Shown piece by piece: positions 12,895-24,405 of a DNA stretch of 64,000 bases. Each line of letters starts with the position of its first letter. The stretch's first letter is position 1. A program made the position numbers and the translations under genes. This DNA comes from Utricularia gibba. Its lineage: Eukaryota; Plantae; Magnoliophyta. The notes under the pieces are model-generated. The model had not been told where the DNA came from and ran no database searches. It saw nothing but the letters and a program-made list of their open reading frames with translations. The stretch is taken from NCBI GenBank assembly GCA_002189035.1, contig CM007992.1:186001-250000 (forward strand), in the 5' to 3' direction.

Positions 12895-13310
12895 ATGGCT
12901 GGTCTCAGTTCTTGCAAGAAACACCCAAGACACACGCAATCACCGGGATCTGCTCCCTTTGTCTCTGCGAGAAGCTCACCCAGTTGACGACAGCGAGCTC
13001 CAAGGGTAAGGAAGATTACTCCCCGAATCATTCTTCGTCCAGTTCTTCACCTTCTTCTCTGAGTTCATCCACCGCGTCGTCGTACGCGTCCCCCCACTGC
13101 GTGATAGGGGGAAAGTCTATTAGGGTTTTCGTTAACAGAAGTCACCGTATACTCGAGAAGAGCAGATCCATGGCGTTTGGGTCTGGGAGAAGAGGTGACG
13201 ACGCGAAAAGCGATGATACAAAGAATGGGTTTTTGTCCAAGCTGGTGCTCAGGAGAAATAAACGGCCGCTGATGCATTCGAGGAGTATAAGGGCAACAGG
13301 GATCAACTAG
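12895..13310 (+). CDS. Small plant-specific Ser-rich protein with N-terminal CKKHP..SPGICSLCL.EKL motif (DUF740-like N-terminus); one frameshift near 12946
   Basis: ATG GCT GGT CTC AGT TCT TGC AAG AAA CAC CCA (MAGLSSCKKHPRHTQSPG) joins ICSLCLCEKLTQL...SSSSPSSLSSSTASSYASP...LEKSRSMAF if one G is added to ggg at 12945-12947. Confidence 0.8.
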
Positions 13311-14216
13311 ACAACATTATCCAATCTCAGAATTGCTTCCCTTGTGGATGAAGATGAAGTCCCAATGAAGCATCACACAGTCAAGGTTTTCTTGACGCTT
13401 CTCGATAAAATCACAGTTGTAATAACCATCGTTGGTGATTGTAAATTCAGGACACACCCATCGTACTCCGTTACCGATCATCCAAACCGAGGGATGGATT
13501 GCTGGTTGAACTTTGTAAGAAATCCCTAGAGATCATCTATTTTTAAGTTGGGTTGAATAGTCAAAACCATGGTTAGCTGGTAACCATGGTCGATGAATAC
13601 TTAAACCACCCAGACCAACCATGGTTAGATAGTTTAAATATCAAATATATCACTGGCGATATTTTTAAGGAAACGGTCTACGAAAGACAGTTTGGCAGAA
13701 CATTCTCAGCTTGCGACAGATCAGAAGTCATATGATTACATAAATAGTAATATTCTTCATTTTTTAATATTCGAAAATCCACGCCAGCAAATTACTTTTC
13801 ATTTGCGTAGAGAAAACATTATTTAAATTTCCAACCCACATAGCACGTTGCTTTAAAATCGGATTTCATATAAAGTATTTTTGAATTTTTTTACAATATT
13901 TGTACAAAAAAAATGATCTTATTATAATAGTACAATTTGATCGTTTGATTTTAAGACAAATGCGCACGCAGCAGTACTCAAAGATCCGTGTCGTCAACAT
14001 TCGCCGCAGAGTAGTTCACGAAGTCAAGTTAGGAACTTGTGCCATGTACAGTCAAAAAGCTTGAACTTTGCACGCAGAGAGCTTGGAATGTTTGATACCC
14101 ACAAAGCTATTTCAGTCCGGGTGGTGGTAGCCTTGTACTCAAAGAAGTAGATGGAGACTACTCCGCCGCCAGCCGGAAATTTTGTAATCAGCGGCCACTC
14201 TGAATTGGTTGGAAAC

Positions 14217-14420
14217 TGGGCCTGGTTCTACGCCGTCCTCTTAGAGGGCCCGTCCGCACTTAACGAAGAAGCCTTGGCCCGTGAAGCCCACTTTGGGTGG
14301 CGCACCGGTCAGGTTCAAGGACTTGGCCCGTGGGTTGAGAATACTTCGGTGCAAAATGTAGTTGTACGCACACAAGCCTTGGCCCATCCTAATCTACTCC
14401 ACGTCACTTGCCGGCCCACT
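14217..14420. promoter_or_regulatory. Site II element cluster in the COX11 promoter
   Basis: At least three TGGGCC/GGCCCA copies (about 14217, 14381, 14413) plus a repeated (a)agccttggccc. Site II elements are established in promoters of nuclear genes for mitochondrial respiratory proteins. Confidence 0.6.
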
Positions 14421-14746
14421 AATTTGTCGTCGTTGACAGCATCTCCGTCTGCGTTTCCAGTACTTGCGTAAACCCAGAGAGAGATGCGATTTCATCTTCA
14501 AAACGAATAGGCTGTGATCAACCGTGGGTAGCGATAGTTTCTGGGAACGTATGCTTCATTCAAGAAAAGGGGGACCGTTATTGGCGACCAAAATATGGGG
14601 AAATGGACAAGTTCTGGGCGAATTGATTTGTAATTTCAGAGCTTTCGGCGGGATAATTCTTCCGATGTTGAGATTTTCCGGAAAGGAACTGTAATTGAGT
14701 GGTGGAACTCGTTTTTGAAGCTGCTAAGGCGATTGTATTGTTCGCT

Positions 14747-16154
14747 ATGTCATTTTCCCGGTGTTCTAGAGGAGTCCTCCTTTTGCGTTCAGCAGCTGAT
14801 GCCCGTTATCACCATATTTTCTCGTCAAGGTATGTGCATTTTAAGATATTGGATTATTCTGTGTAAATTTTCTCTGCGTATGGGTTTTCTCACCACGGCG
14901 TTTGCTTGAAACTGCGGGTTCAAGATATGTGAATGGGAGAGATTTGGGAGTCGGCTATCGGGGTTTTTTCCGGACACCTGGATATAAGTTGAGTGGTAAA
15001 TTTGAAAGGCCATGTTCTGCCAGTGCTGCACAGCAATATTCAACTCTTGCTGCTGCTGACAAGAAATCAAAGAAGATGCTATTGTACTTGACAGGGGTGG
15101 CTGTTGCTATGGTGGGAGCTAGTTATGCTGCAGTTCCCCTGTATCGGAGATTCTGCCAGGCTACCGGTTATGGTGGTACAGTTACACGCCGAGAGGTGGG
15201 ATTGTTTTGCTTGATTTCAACTACGTTTTTCCTTGTTCGTTTATGGCATAACGATCAAATTACTCGAATTCCAGAGTGTTGAACAAAAGATAGCTCGCCA
15301 TGCGAAAGATGGTACAGTAACATCGAGGTCTGACTCTGATTTTAGTTCTTCTCTGTGGGTTGTAAATGGCTACCCTCTCAGCATACTCTGATATATTAGA
15401 GAATGATCTGATATGCTTGTAGGGAGATTGTAGTGCAGTTCAATGCTGATGTGGCTGATGGGATGCCATGGAAGTTTACTCCTACACAAAGAGAGGTTCT
15501 ATTTTTTTTGTTTTCATGTTCACGAACATGAAAAGTTATCGGTACCGCTGCAGGATCCTGACTTCGGTTGCAATATGTGCAATTGCAGGTCAGAGTTAAG
15601 CCAGGTGAGAGTGCACTCGCATTCTACACTGCTGAAAACAGAAGTTCAACTCCCATAACTGGAATGTCTACATATAATGTGACTCCCATGAAGGTAGGCG
15701 CATCATAACTATACCGGATGCATCCCACATAGTAATATTATGTGCTTGTCTACCCAGTATGTTTTTCTCACTTGGTACTGAACAAAGATGGGCATTTTTT
15801 GTTCTCTGAAGCGTCTTCGATCATTGAATCAACTTGTTTGGAAGCCCTTTTTCAGATGCTATTTCTTCTTTCAATTTTTAGGCAGCTGTGTACTTCAACA
15901 AAATCCAATGCTTTTGCTTTGAGGAACAAAGACTTCTTCCCGGGGAGCAGATTGACATGCCAGTGAGTTGCACATGATCCTCTTTCTGACATTCTTTTGC
16001 CCTTATGCTGATGGGATCATTAACCAGAATAACTCACATCCATCTGTAGGTGTTCTTCTACATCGATCCTGAGTTTGAAACAGACCCCAAAATGGACGGG
16101 ATCAACGACTTGATCCTCTCGTACACTTTTTTCAAGGTTTCCGAAGAAAAGTAG
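14747..16154 (+). CDS. COX11: Cytochrome c oxidase assembly protein COX11/CtaG, 7 coding exons, intact
   Basis: Transit-peptide-like [15 protein letters not shown]; [19 protein letters not shown]; [20 protein letters not shown]; [15 protein letters not shown] (Cu-binding CFC); VFFYIDPEF...[11 protein letters not shown]. All introns are GT-AG and in phase. Confidence 0.95.
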
Positions 16155-16660
16155 ATTCTGTCTTCACTGGAATCTTCACCGCATTCACTTCTTAGAAGAC
16201 CAGAGGTCTGTCTGCTTCCGTTTCTACTCACAAAACTGATCTCTATAGGCTCTTCTGGAGAATAAGAATAACCAGGCAACAGCGTATGTCTGATCACAAT
16301 CCTTTCGCTCGTTCTTCTGGCTTTCTTCGCCTCATTCATTACTGCTGCACAGATATTTCATCCAAGCATTTGCTTCCCTTTTACTACAGAAAGATGACCT
16401 GAACCCAGCAACTCATTATGTAAGAAATGAATGAGAATGGTTTACAGGAACATTCTAAAGGGCCTGGAAGGGGGCAGAGGAGGTGAAATGTAAAGCGCGT
16501 TATGCCAGATGCGATATATGATATTTATTTGAAAACGTTAGTTAATTTTATTACGAGAATTAGGGTATATAAATTTTAAATTAGGGCTTCTATTCACTGT
16601 TCATGTTCTGGATTGCCCCCAATTCCTCCGGAAACTGAGATCCCCGACGCCGGATTCAAA

Positions 16661-16899
16661 ATGGTACTTCACTTTCTCTTGTTTCCGTTACTGGTTTGAG
16701 GCGCTAGAAACGATATCCGATGTGTAAAAATTCGTGAATTTTCCAGCCGTCGCACAAGACGTTCATGATAAAGAAGAAGCTTGCGAAGAAGCAGAGACAG
16801 AATAGGCCGATCCCGTACTGGATACGCATGAGAACCGGAAACACAATCAGGTACAACGCTAAGCGCCGACACTGGCGCCGGACCAAGCTAGGTTTCTAA
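16661..16899 (+). CDS. RPL39: 60S ribosomal protein L39 (51 aa; ATG-only first exon, intron 16664-16746)
   Basis: M|[50 protein letters not shown]. Below the ORF-track length cutoff. Confidence 0.97.
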
Positions 16900-17703
16900 A
16901 TGGACATGACTTTAATCGGGTACTCTGTTCTCTGTGCTTCTTTTCCGGTTCGGATCGTGTTAGATTCCGTTTAGGGAATGCGCTATAAGACATCTTGTTT
17001 TGTTTCAATTCCTACTTTGGAAATTCGGTATCTTTTGCCTGCTATGTTTTGCTTCGGCTGTGTTTGCATCAGAGTCCACCACTGTCACTAGGAGTTTGGA
17101 GTTGCCTCTGTAGAATTGTTGAAACTGAGACCCCCCAGTGTTTCCCCTGCGCATGGGAAATGCCCTCGGGTGCGCACAGATTTGTGTACTGTTTGTTCGC
17201 CAGTATTGAAAATTACGGTCCCAACAGCCTTTGCATCTTAGAGCAGCAAAAGCAACAAGTAACTCAGTTACGTTTTGCTTCAGAGTACTTCAGACCATGA
17301 AGGAAGAAGAAATCCCAACCCTCAAACAGGAAATGAGCCTACAAGCTCCACTCATTCCTACTTCTGGCCGGCCATTGTTACCACAAAGGTGTGCTCTTCT
17401 AGGGGTCAGATCCCCTACCCGGTAAACAGTGACATCGAGTGAGTTTGCAGGTAGGGGATCTGGATGACCCGATTCTCAGACTTAGATTCATGACCAAGAG
17501 GTTGATCTGAGTAGCAATTGGGCCACATTATATTCCCACAGGTGCAGTGCCTCTGTTTGGGCATGGGCTTGCAAATGCAGGCAACCCATGTGCTTGTACG
17601 TTGTAACAGTGCATGCACGTATTCCTTGGAAAGCGGCTCTTCTTCAACCGCCGGTGCACGTATATGGGGAGATGGGGTTTCAAGTTTGATCAGGAGACTG
17701 AAG

Positions 17704-18471
17704 ATGGACATCAATTTTCTTCCGAATCAGGGAGAAGCCTTCTGCATCGAAGTGGGTTTTTTTGATACGGTTCTGGAGATCAAGCAGAAGGTCGAAAGAT
17801 ACAGAGAAATCCCAGTTTCCGACCAGAAGCTGATCTTCAACGGCGATGTTCTTTCCGATGACCTCAACATCCACGACTCTGAAATCCTCAACCGCTCCAC
17901 GATCTATTTACACCTCCCCTGCGAAGAAGCGGTTGACAAGATTCATCTCGTGGTGAAAATGCCGCCGCCGAAGGCGGCCATCAACGTCGAGATGAACACC
18001 GAGGACACGATTCACAAGCTCAAGGAGAAAATCCAAGAAATGGAAGGAATCCCAATGGCCAGACTCGTTTTCAATTCGAACGGAGTCGAATTGTGCGACC
18101 ATAAAACTCTGCAGGAATGCGAAGTTGGCGAAAATGGGGTGATTGATGTTGGGGTGAGATCCGCTCCGGCGACGGCGTCATCACGATCATCTTCAGGGAG
18201 CGCGAGTAGCGGCGGATCGAAGAAGATGCTGAAGATCATGGTGGTGACCAATGCCGGCGGCGAGAAAACTCCGGTGGAAGTGTGTTATACCGAGACCATT
18301 GGCGAATTGAGAAAGAAGCTGGAGAAGATGGAGCTGGATCTTCCCAAGGAAGGCTACTTTTTCATATACAAGCAGAATGTTATGGACGACGACAGGTCTT
18401 TCAGGTGGCACCGCGTCGGCCAGGGAGATTCCATTGAAGTCTTCTGTGGAACTGTTTCCGGTGGCTCCTGA
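17704..18471 (+). CDS. Intronless protein with three ubiquitin-like domains, ending ...VSGGS
   Basis: UBL1 EVGFFDTVLEIKQKVERYREIPVSDQKLIFNG; UBL2 EMNTEDTIHKLKEKIQEMEGIPMARLVFNSNG; Ser-rich linker; UBL3 YFFIYKQNVMDDDRSFRWHRVGQGDSIEVF. ATG at 17704 is in frame with ORF 17518..18471. Confidence 0.85.
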   Translation: MDINFLPNQGEAFCIEVGFFDTVLEIKQKVERYREIPVSDQKLIFNGDVLSDDLNIHDSEILNRSTIYLHLPCEEAVDKIHLVVKMPPPKAAINVEMNTEDTIHKLKEKIQEMEGIPMARLVFNSNGVELCDHKTLQECEVGENGVIDVGVRSAPATASSRSSSGSASSGGSKKMLKIMVVTNAGGEKTPVEVCYTETIGELRKKLEKMELDLPKEGYFFIYKQNVMDDDRSFRWHRVGQGDSIEVFCGTVSGGS

Positions 18472-19693
18472 TCAGAAAGATTTTACATTATTTTTCCAAT
18501 TTTTTTATTTGAAAAAAGTTAATTCCGTACAACAATCCAAATGGTCAACGATACTGGGCCTTATCTTCTCCGTTCTGGCCCATTTGTAACCCATGATACT
18601 GTAAGAGCCCATCTTCAGCTTAGAGCCTTTCTTCAGTAGCAGCACTTGAACTCGACGGAGCTATCCGGCGAAGGTCGATGTCGCGTACGCGAGGAATGCT
18701 CACTTGGGCTATAGGCTATCGCCAACCTGCTGGATCAGTTGGAACCCGCTGCTCAACTTGTTTCTCCTTCTGCTATTCATTCAAGCACATGGAATTGGAA
18801 CAAAATCAATTGGCGCCTCATCCCGAATTCTAATTCCGGCAATCTGGCACACTGGTTTTCCCTGTCCTCTACTAAAGGAGCTCCATTTTGCACGGTGGAA
18901 CTTTTGTAACGCGTCGCATACCATTTTCGTACCCGACATCAAGAACAACCACGATTTGGATAACCAGTGAGGGACTGTAATTACATTGAAAAGAAATAGC
19001 TATAGATGTCGACCGTCATTAGTGTTTTTTGACTTTGCAATCCTCTGAACGATGATGCTATATGTTGTGCTGGCGTAGCTGAGTTGAACAATACTCTAAG
19101 TAAAAACTATGTTCCGAGTTTTTCCAGTCAAAAGAAAGCACCACAGTGAATGGCAGGAGGAGGGACACGAGTCACTTTTGTAAACGTATCTTAGTAAAAC
19201 AGGAGAAAAAGTGCAAAGTGGGTAGTTGTCATAGACCAACCAAAGGCCACTGCGTGGCGTTGCTGGCTATCCTGATAAACATTTGCCCAGCAATTTTCGA
19301 TTTCACTTGCCCAATAGCAGTATCAGATTGGTGCTGATTCTGTATTCCAACGTAGGTTCCTTCAACGAATCCCAGGTGGGTAATTTTGTGTTCATGAGAA
19401 ATTTCGTTTTTATTTTCTGCTCAAAGGAAAAAAGGTGAGATTTGGAACTTTTCGCGATTCATTTTTGTTGGGTAAAGTGAGTTGTGGGTGCTCATTCATC
19501 CCTTGTTGCTTCGGGATCTGATTTTGGTGGGTGCTGTCTTGATTTCCCGTCTGTTGCAGGAATGGGTATTTCGCTTTACAGCGCTTTATAAAGAGTTTGG
19601 CGAGAATTAAAGCAACTTTTGCAACCTTAACTTCATTTTCAGTGTGAAACTTTTGACACCATCAATTTCAGAAGGTTTTTCTCTTTGCCAAGT

Positions 19694-21424
19694 ATGCCTG
19701 GTTCTGTGCTGTGGCTGGTGACTTCTTGTCCTGAATTCTCAACCGGATATGGCTTCTTGGATTCGATTAGAGAATGTAAACGAATAAAAAGGTGCAGAAA
19801 TTCTATCTTGGATGACAGCATCAGCACCAGCAAGCATCCTATGCATGCTAAACTGAGATATTCCTCACAAGAGAGTTCAAGACTGGACAGATTCTCTCCT
19901 GCATCGAGCATGGCCGCTAGTTCAGCTGGTGAAATCGCCTTAACATCGGAGCAAAAAGTCTATGATGTGGTTCTGAAGCAAGCTGCTCTGGTTAACAGAA
20001 AGTTCAGATCCAATAATCTTGTCCTTTCTGGATCCACCAGTCTGCTGAACGAAGCTTATGATCGTTGTGGGGAAGTTTGTGCAGAGTATGCCAAGACTTT
20101 CTATCTCGGTTAGGCCTTGTTCAATCTTACCCCAAGTGACCCTTCACTGTCATTAGCTTTATGCATGATCTGTATTCTTGTTTGTGCCAGGAACTCTTTT
20201 GATGACCCTTGAAAGGAAAAGAGCTATCTGGGCAATATATGGTAAAGTTACGAAATCAAAAGTAGTTTCTGATGAGAAAGACAGGCACTTCACTTGCCTG
20301 CCTATTCACACACACAAATGAGATACATGATTGAACTCAGGCTGTGCTTTCTGTGTTGTTGTTCTTGCTAAAAGTCTGGTGCCGGAGAACCGATGAGCTT
20401 GTGGATGGACCAAATGCATCTCACATTACTCCGGCAGCATTGGACCGGTGGGAGGCGCGCCTTGAAGATATTTTCCGAGGGCGTCCCTTCGACATGCTTG
20501 ATGCTGCTTTAGCTGATACAGTTTCCAAGTTCCCTGTTGATATCCAGGTTACAATTTGCATTGAGTGAACAAGATGCTTCTTTCCCTGTCATTAGCTCCA
20601 TTTCTTTCACTGATATATATACTTGCCGTCACCACAGCCATTCAGGGATATGATTGAAGGAATGAGGATGGACCTCAGGAAAACCAGGTATAGAACCTTC
20701 GATGAGTTGTACCTGTACTGCTACTATGTTGCCGGCACCGTCGGGTTGATGAGCGTGCCGGTAATGGGAATAGCGCCGGAGTCGCAAGCTACGACGGAGA
20801 GTGTCTACCACGCAGCGCTTTCATTAGGCCTAGCAAATCAGCTCACCAACATACTTCGAGATGTTGGAGAAGAGTGAGTACAAACATGAGCACTAGAATT
20901 GCTTTCCCTTGTCTTCAAAGAAGGTGAGATTTTGCTGCTGTTTTCCATGATCTAGTGCCGGACGGGGACGAATATACCTCCCTCAGGATGAGTTAGCGCA
21001 GGCGGGGCTCTGCGAAGATGACGTATTCGCCGGAAAAGTAACTGATAAGTGGAGAAGTTTCATGAAGAAGCAGATTAAGAGAGCAAGGAAGTTCTTCGAT
21101 GATGCAGAGAATGGTGTCAGAGAACTCAGCTCCGCCAGCAGATGGCCGGTAAGCATTCTCCAACTCCATTGAATGTGAATCCCCGTTCCAACCAAGAACC
21201 AGTAGTTCTGTCCATCCAACCAACATACATCTCTCAATCCACAGGTGTGGGCGGCGCTGCTGCTGTACAGACAAATATTAGACGAGATTGAAGCTAATGA
21301 CTACAACAATTTCACGAAGAGGGCGTACGTTAGCAAGCCGAAGAAGGTTCTTGCTTTGCCCTTTGCATATGCCAAGTCTCTTGCCCCCCCATCCTCAAGA
21401 ACCTCTGCCTTCACCAAGGCTTGA
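19694..21424 (+). CDS. PSY: Phytoene synthase, 6 coding exons, intact
   Basis: [103 protein letters not shown]. Stop TGA 21422-21424. Confidence 0.97.
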
Positions 21425-21579
21425 GTCTTTGATTAACATTGGAACAAACCTATTGATAAATCTGTGATTCGGGAGAGAAACCATGTAAATCCTAACAAAT
21501 GGAACAAAACTAATGATGCAAAATCTTGCAACCATAACCAAGAACTGTAGAGATGGGAACAGCTGAAGGGCGTCGGAGC

Positions 21580-21682
21580 CAAACAACACGTGCAGCAACC
21601 ACCGGAGAAGTGAAGCTACCTCAGTGAAGCTACCTCCTCATTTGTCACCACCCACCAGGGCGGTGACGATTTTCTATAAAAA
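21580..21682 (+). promoter_or_regulatory. Core promoter of the GSTF gene: G-box, AC-rich MYB-like sites, TATA
   Basis: cacgtg at about 21587, tandem gtgaagctacctc x2 (21610-21636), caccacccacc at about 21647, ctataaaa at about 21673; ATG at 21738. Confidence 0.5.
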
Positions 21683-21737
21683 CGGCATCTTGGTGATCCT
21701 GAAAATTCGACAAAGATTCAATTGTTGAGAAACAAAA

Positions 21738-22519
21738 ATGGTTGTGAAAGTATACGGTCCACCATACTCAGCCTGTGCGCAGAGAGTGATAGCTTGTCTG
21801 CTGGAGCTGGAGATCGAATTCGAGCTGATTCCCGTTGATCTCCTGTCTGGGGAGCACAAGAAACCAGAGTTCTTACGCAGACAGGTTACCATTATATCAT
21901 CATAAACACCTTTTGATCAAATCCATTCAACTCCCTCTTGCTCTACAGCCATTCGGACAAGTTCCTGCCGTGGAGGATGGAGACTTCAAGCTTTTCGGTA
22001 ATGGACACCTCAACTTCATAGTGGTCATCATCATCATCATCATAACAATTGTCTTTCAATTCCGGTGAGCAGAATCGAGGGCGATAATCAGGTACTATGC
22101 TGCAAAATCCCTGCTGGAAAAAGCCTTATAGGCGAAACGTTGGAAGAGAAGGCACTTGTGGAACAATGGCTGGAAGTGGAGGTCAACAACTACAACACCT
22201 TGGTTTACGCACTGGTGCTGCAACTCCTAGTTCTGCCAAGGATGGGAAGGGTGGTGATGCCGGGATAATTGGGGAATCCAGGGACAAACTGGAGAAAGTA
22301 TTCGACGTGTACGAGGAACATCTATCGAAGAGCAAGTACCTGGCCGGTGACCACTTCACCATAGCTGATCTGAGCCACTTACCCAACACCAGGTTCCTGA
22401 TGGAGCTCGGCGGAATGGCAGAGTCGATCAAACGGCGAAGAAACCTGTATTCTTGGTGGATCAACATTTCCAGCCGTCCATCATGGAAGAAAGTGACGGA
22501 GCTCATTCCCAGGGATTGA
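21738..22519 (+). CDS. GSTF: Phi-class glutathione S-transferase, AN9/TT19/VvGST4-like; two frameshifts (about 22110 and 22245)
   Basis: Exons of 147 bp, 49 bp and a long third exon (phi-class layout). [117 protein letters not shown]. Confidence 0.9.
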
Positions 22520-22716
22520 TGTCTGTCTATGGTTGTTCTGTGTAGTTCTATCAGCAAGGTGAGCAATCAAGTGAGAGAAGACTCTTTCTTTATGCCATTC
22601 CAATAAAAAAACGTTCTTTTTTTAATATATATCTGTAGTAGCAATGAAATATACGTTCTCTAAGACACAATCTAGTGAGGTGAAAAAACATGAAGCAGTT
22701 TCTAAGTACAGAATGG

Positions 22717-24120
22717 TTAAGAACAGCAAGACGCGGATTGAGCTCGTTCTGTGGCTTTGTCAACAAGAACCATGCCTGATGGATTTTGAGTAGGCTGAGT
22801 TGTAGGGATCCTTTTTGCTGCAAGTATAGGATAGAAGAAAAACACCGCGCTGATTTCATATCTACCAAATGAATGATTTTTCTATACATATCAGAAAGAG
22901 AGACACACACCTATTTCATAGAAGATGTCATTAACATTGATAGCAGACTTGGCAGATGTTTCCAAGAAGAACAAGCCATTATCTTCTGCATAAGCGCGGG
23001 CTTCCTGAATTGCAAAATGAAGAAATTTTTAAAGAGTATTTTCAGTTGAACAGAATTGTGCATTTAGCATGCGAAAAAATCCCCCATAAAACTACAAAAG
23101 ATGAACCGAAGAGTCCAGGATTATAGGGAATGATAAAACTTCTTAGCACTGCTGGAAATTTCAAAACATGAACTCAGTAATAAACAATGGATTCTCTATA
23201 TTTTGAAGATGCACCATGGAAGTCACAGGCATAATATCATAATCAGAGAACTTACTTCATTATCCACCATCCTCTTATCTTCAAGATCACATTTGTTTCC
23301 GGCGAGTGCCATGACAATTTTAGGATTACCTGCAGTCATTGAAAAGCCACATTGAAAGAAGTTTACTTACAAAAGAGTGATCAATATCTTGTTCGTGCAC
23401 AATTTGAACTTTCAGAACATGATAGTAGATAAATAATCAGACCTTGCTTTTGCAACTCTAGGACCCACTTCTTAGCCCGTGCAAATGAGTCCTACATCCC
23501 CAATCAGAGCAAAAAGTTTATGAATCAATATTCCCACCCAAAAAACACTAGTTTGGGGAACGAGATAAGAGAAATCAGCTAAATTGTGGCTACCCAATCA
23601 ATGAAGTAACCCAGAAATGTGCGAAAAAAAAGACAGCCAAAAGCTGTAAGAGGATTTGGGTGCGAGATTACCAAATTAGTGATGTCGTACACGATGATAG
23701 CAGCAGCAGCACCTCTGTAGTACATGGGCGCTAGGCTATGGTACCTTTCCTGACCAGCCGTGTCCCAGATCTCAAACTTCACGGTAGCATTGTTAACGGA
23801 TACTGTCTGAGAGAAAAAAGCAGCACCGATCGTCGATTCCTGGACAAATAATCTCATATCATAAGATCATACTAAAACATAAAAAAGCCCCGCGATGCAT
23901 GGCCTCGAATGAACAAGATCTAAGAAAAAAACAATACTTGGAATTCAAGGAATTGACCCTTGACGAAACGCAAAACGAGGCTCGACTTCCCGGCGCCCAT
24001 ATCTCCTAGTAATACCTGAAAATCGATCAAAAACCCACATCAAATATTCCCGAAATTCTAAACAGAAAAGAAAAAAGTGATCGCACTGACCAGCTTTGCA
24101 TTCAGATTGTTGTGACCCAT
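22717..24120 (-). CDS. RABF2: Rab5-type GTPase RabF2 (ARA7/RHA1-like), 7 exons, intact
   Basis: [10 protein letters not shown]|[70 protein letters not shown]; C-terminal prenylation motif SCCS*. Confidence 0.95.
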
Positions 24121-24405
24121 ATTCAATTCACCTGCGAGCTACGAAAAACCCAGATTGATCAGGAGGAATGCAGATGGATGGGCTACACGATTCATTGCTT
24201 CCCCTTCCACACTTATTTTTCAAACACGCCACGATTGTGGCACGCGCCACTGCCGACGTCAGCGTCGAAAACGTGTCATACGGAGTTGTTGTAAATTACT
24301 TAAATACCCTCACCATTAAAGCAAACAGAACCATTATTATTGAGTTCGTAGGAGGTACGGAACAACGCTTCTTAAAAGCGTGAAATGAAACAGTAATTGG
24401 TAAAA

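Noticed and set aside
14151-14471. 106-aa ORF upstream of COX11
   Set aside because: It coincides with the site II promoter cluster and has no homologous motif.
16058-16886. Minus-strand ORFs 16058..16339, 16669..16872 and 16704..16886
   Set aside because: They are antisense shadows of the COX11 last exon and of RPL39.
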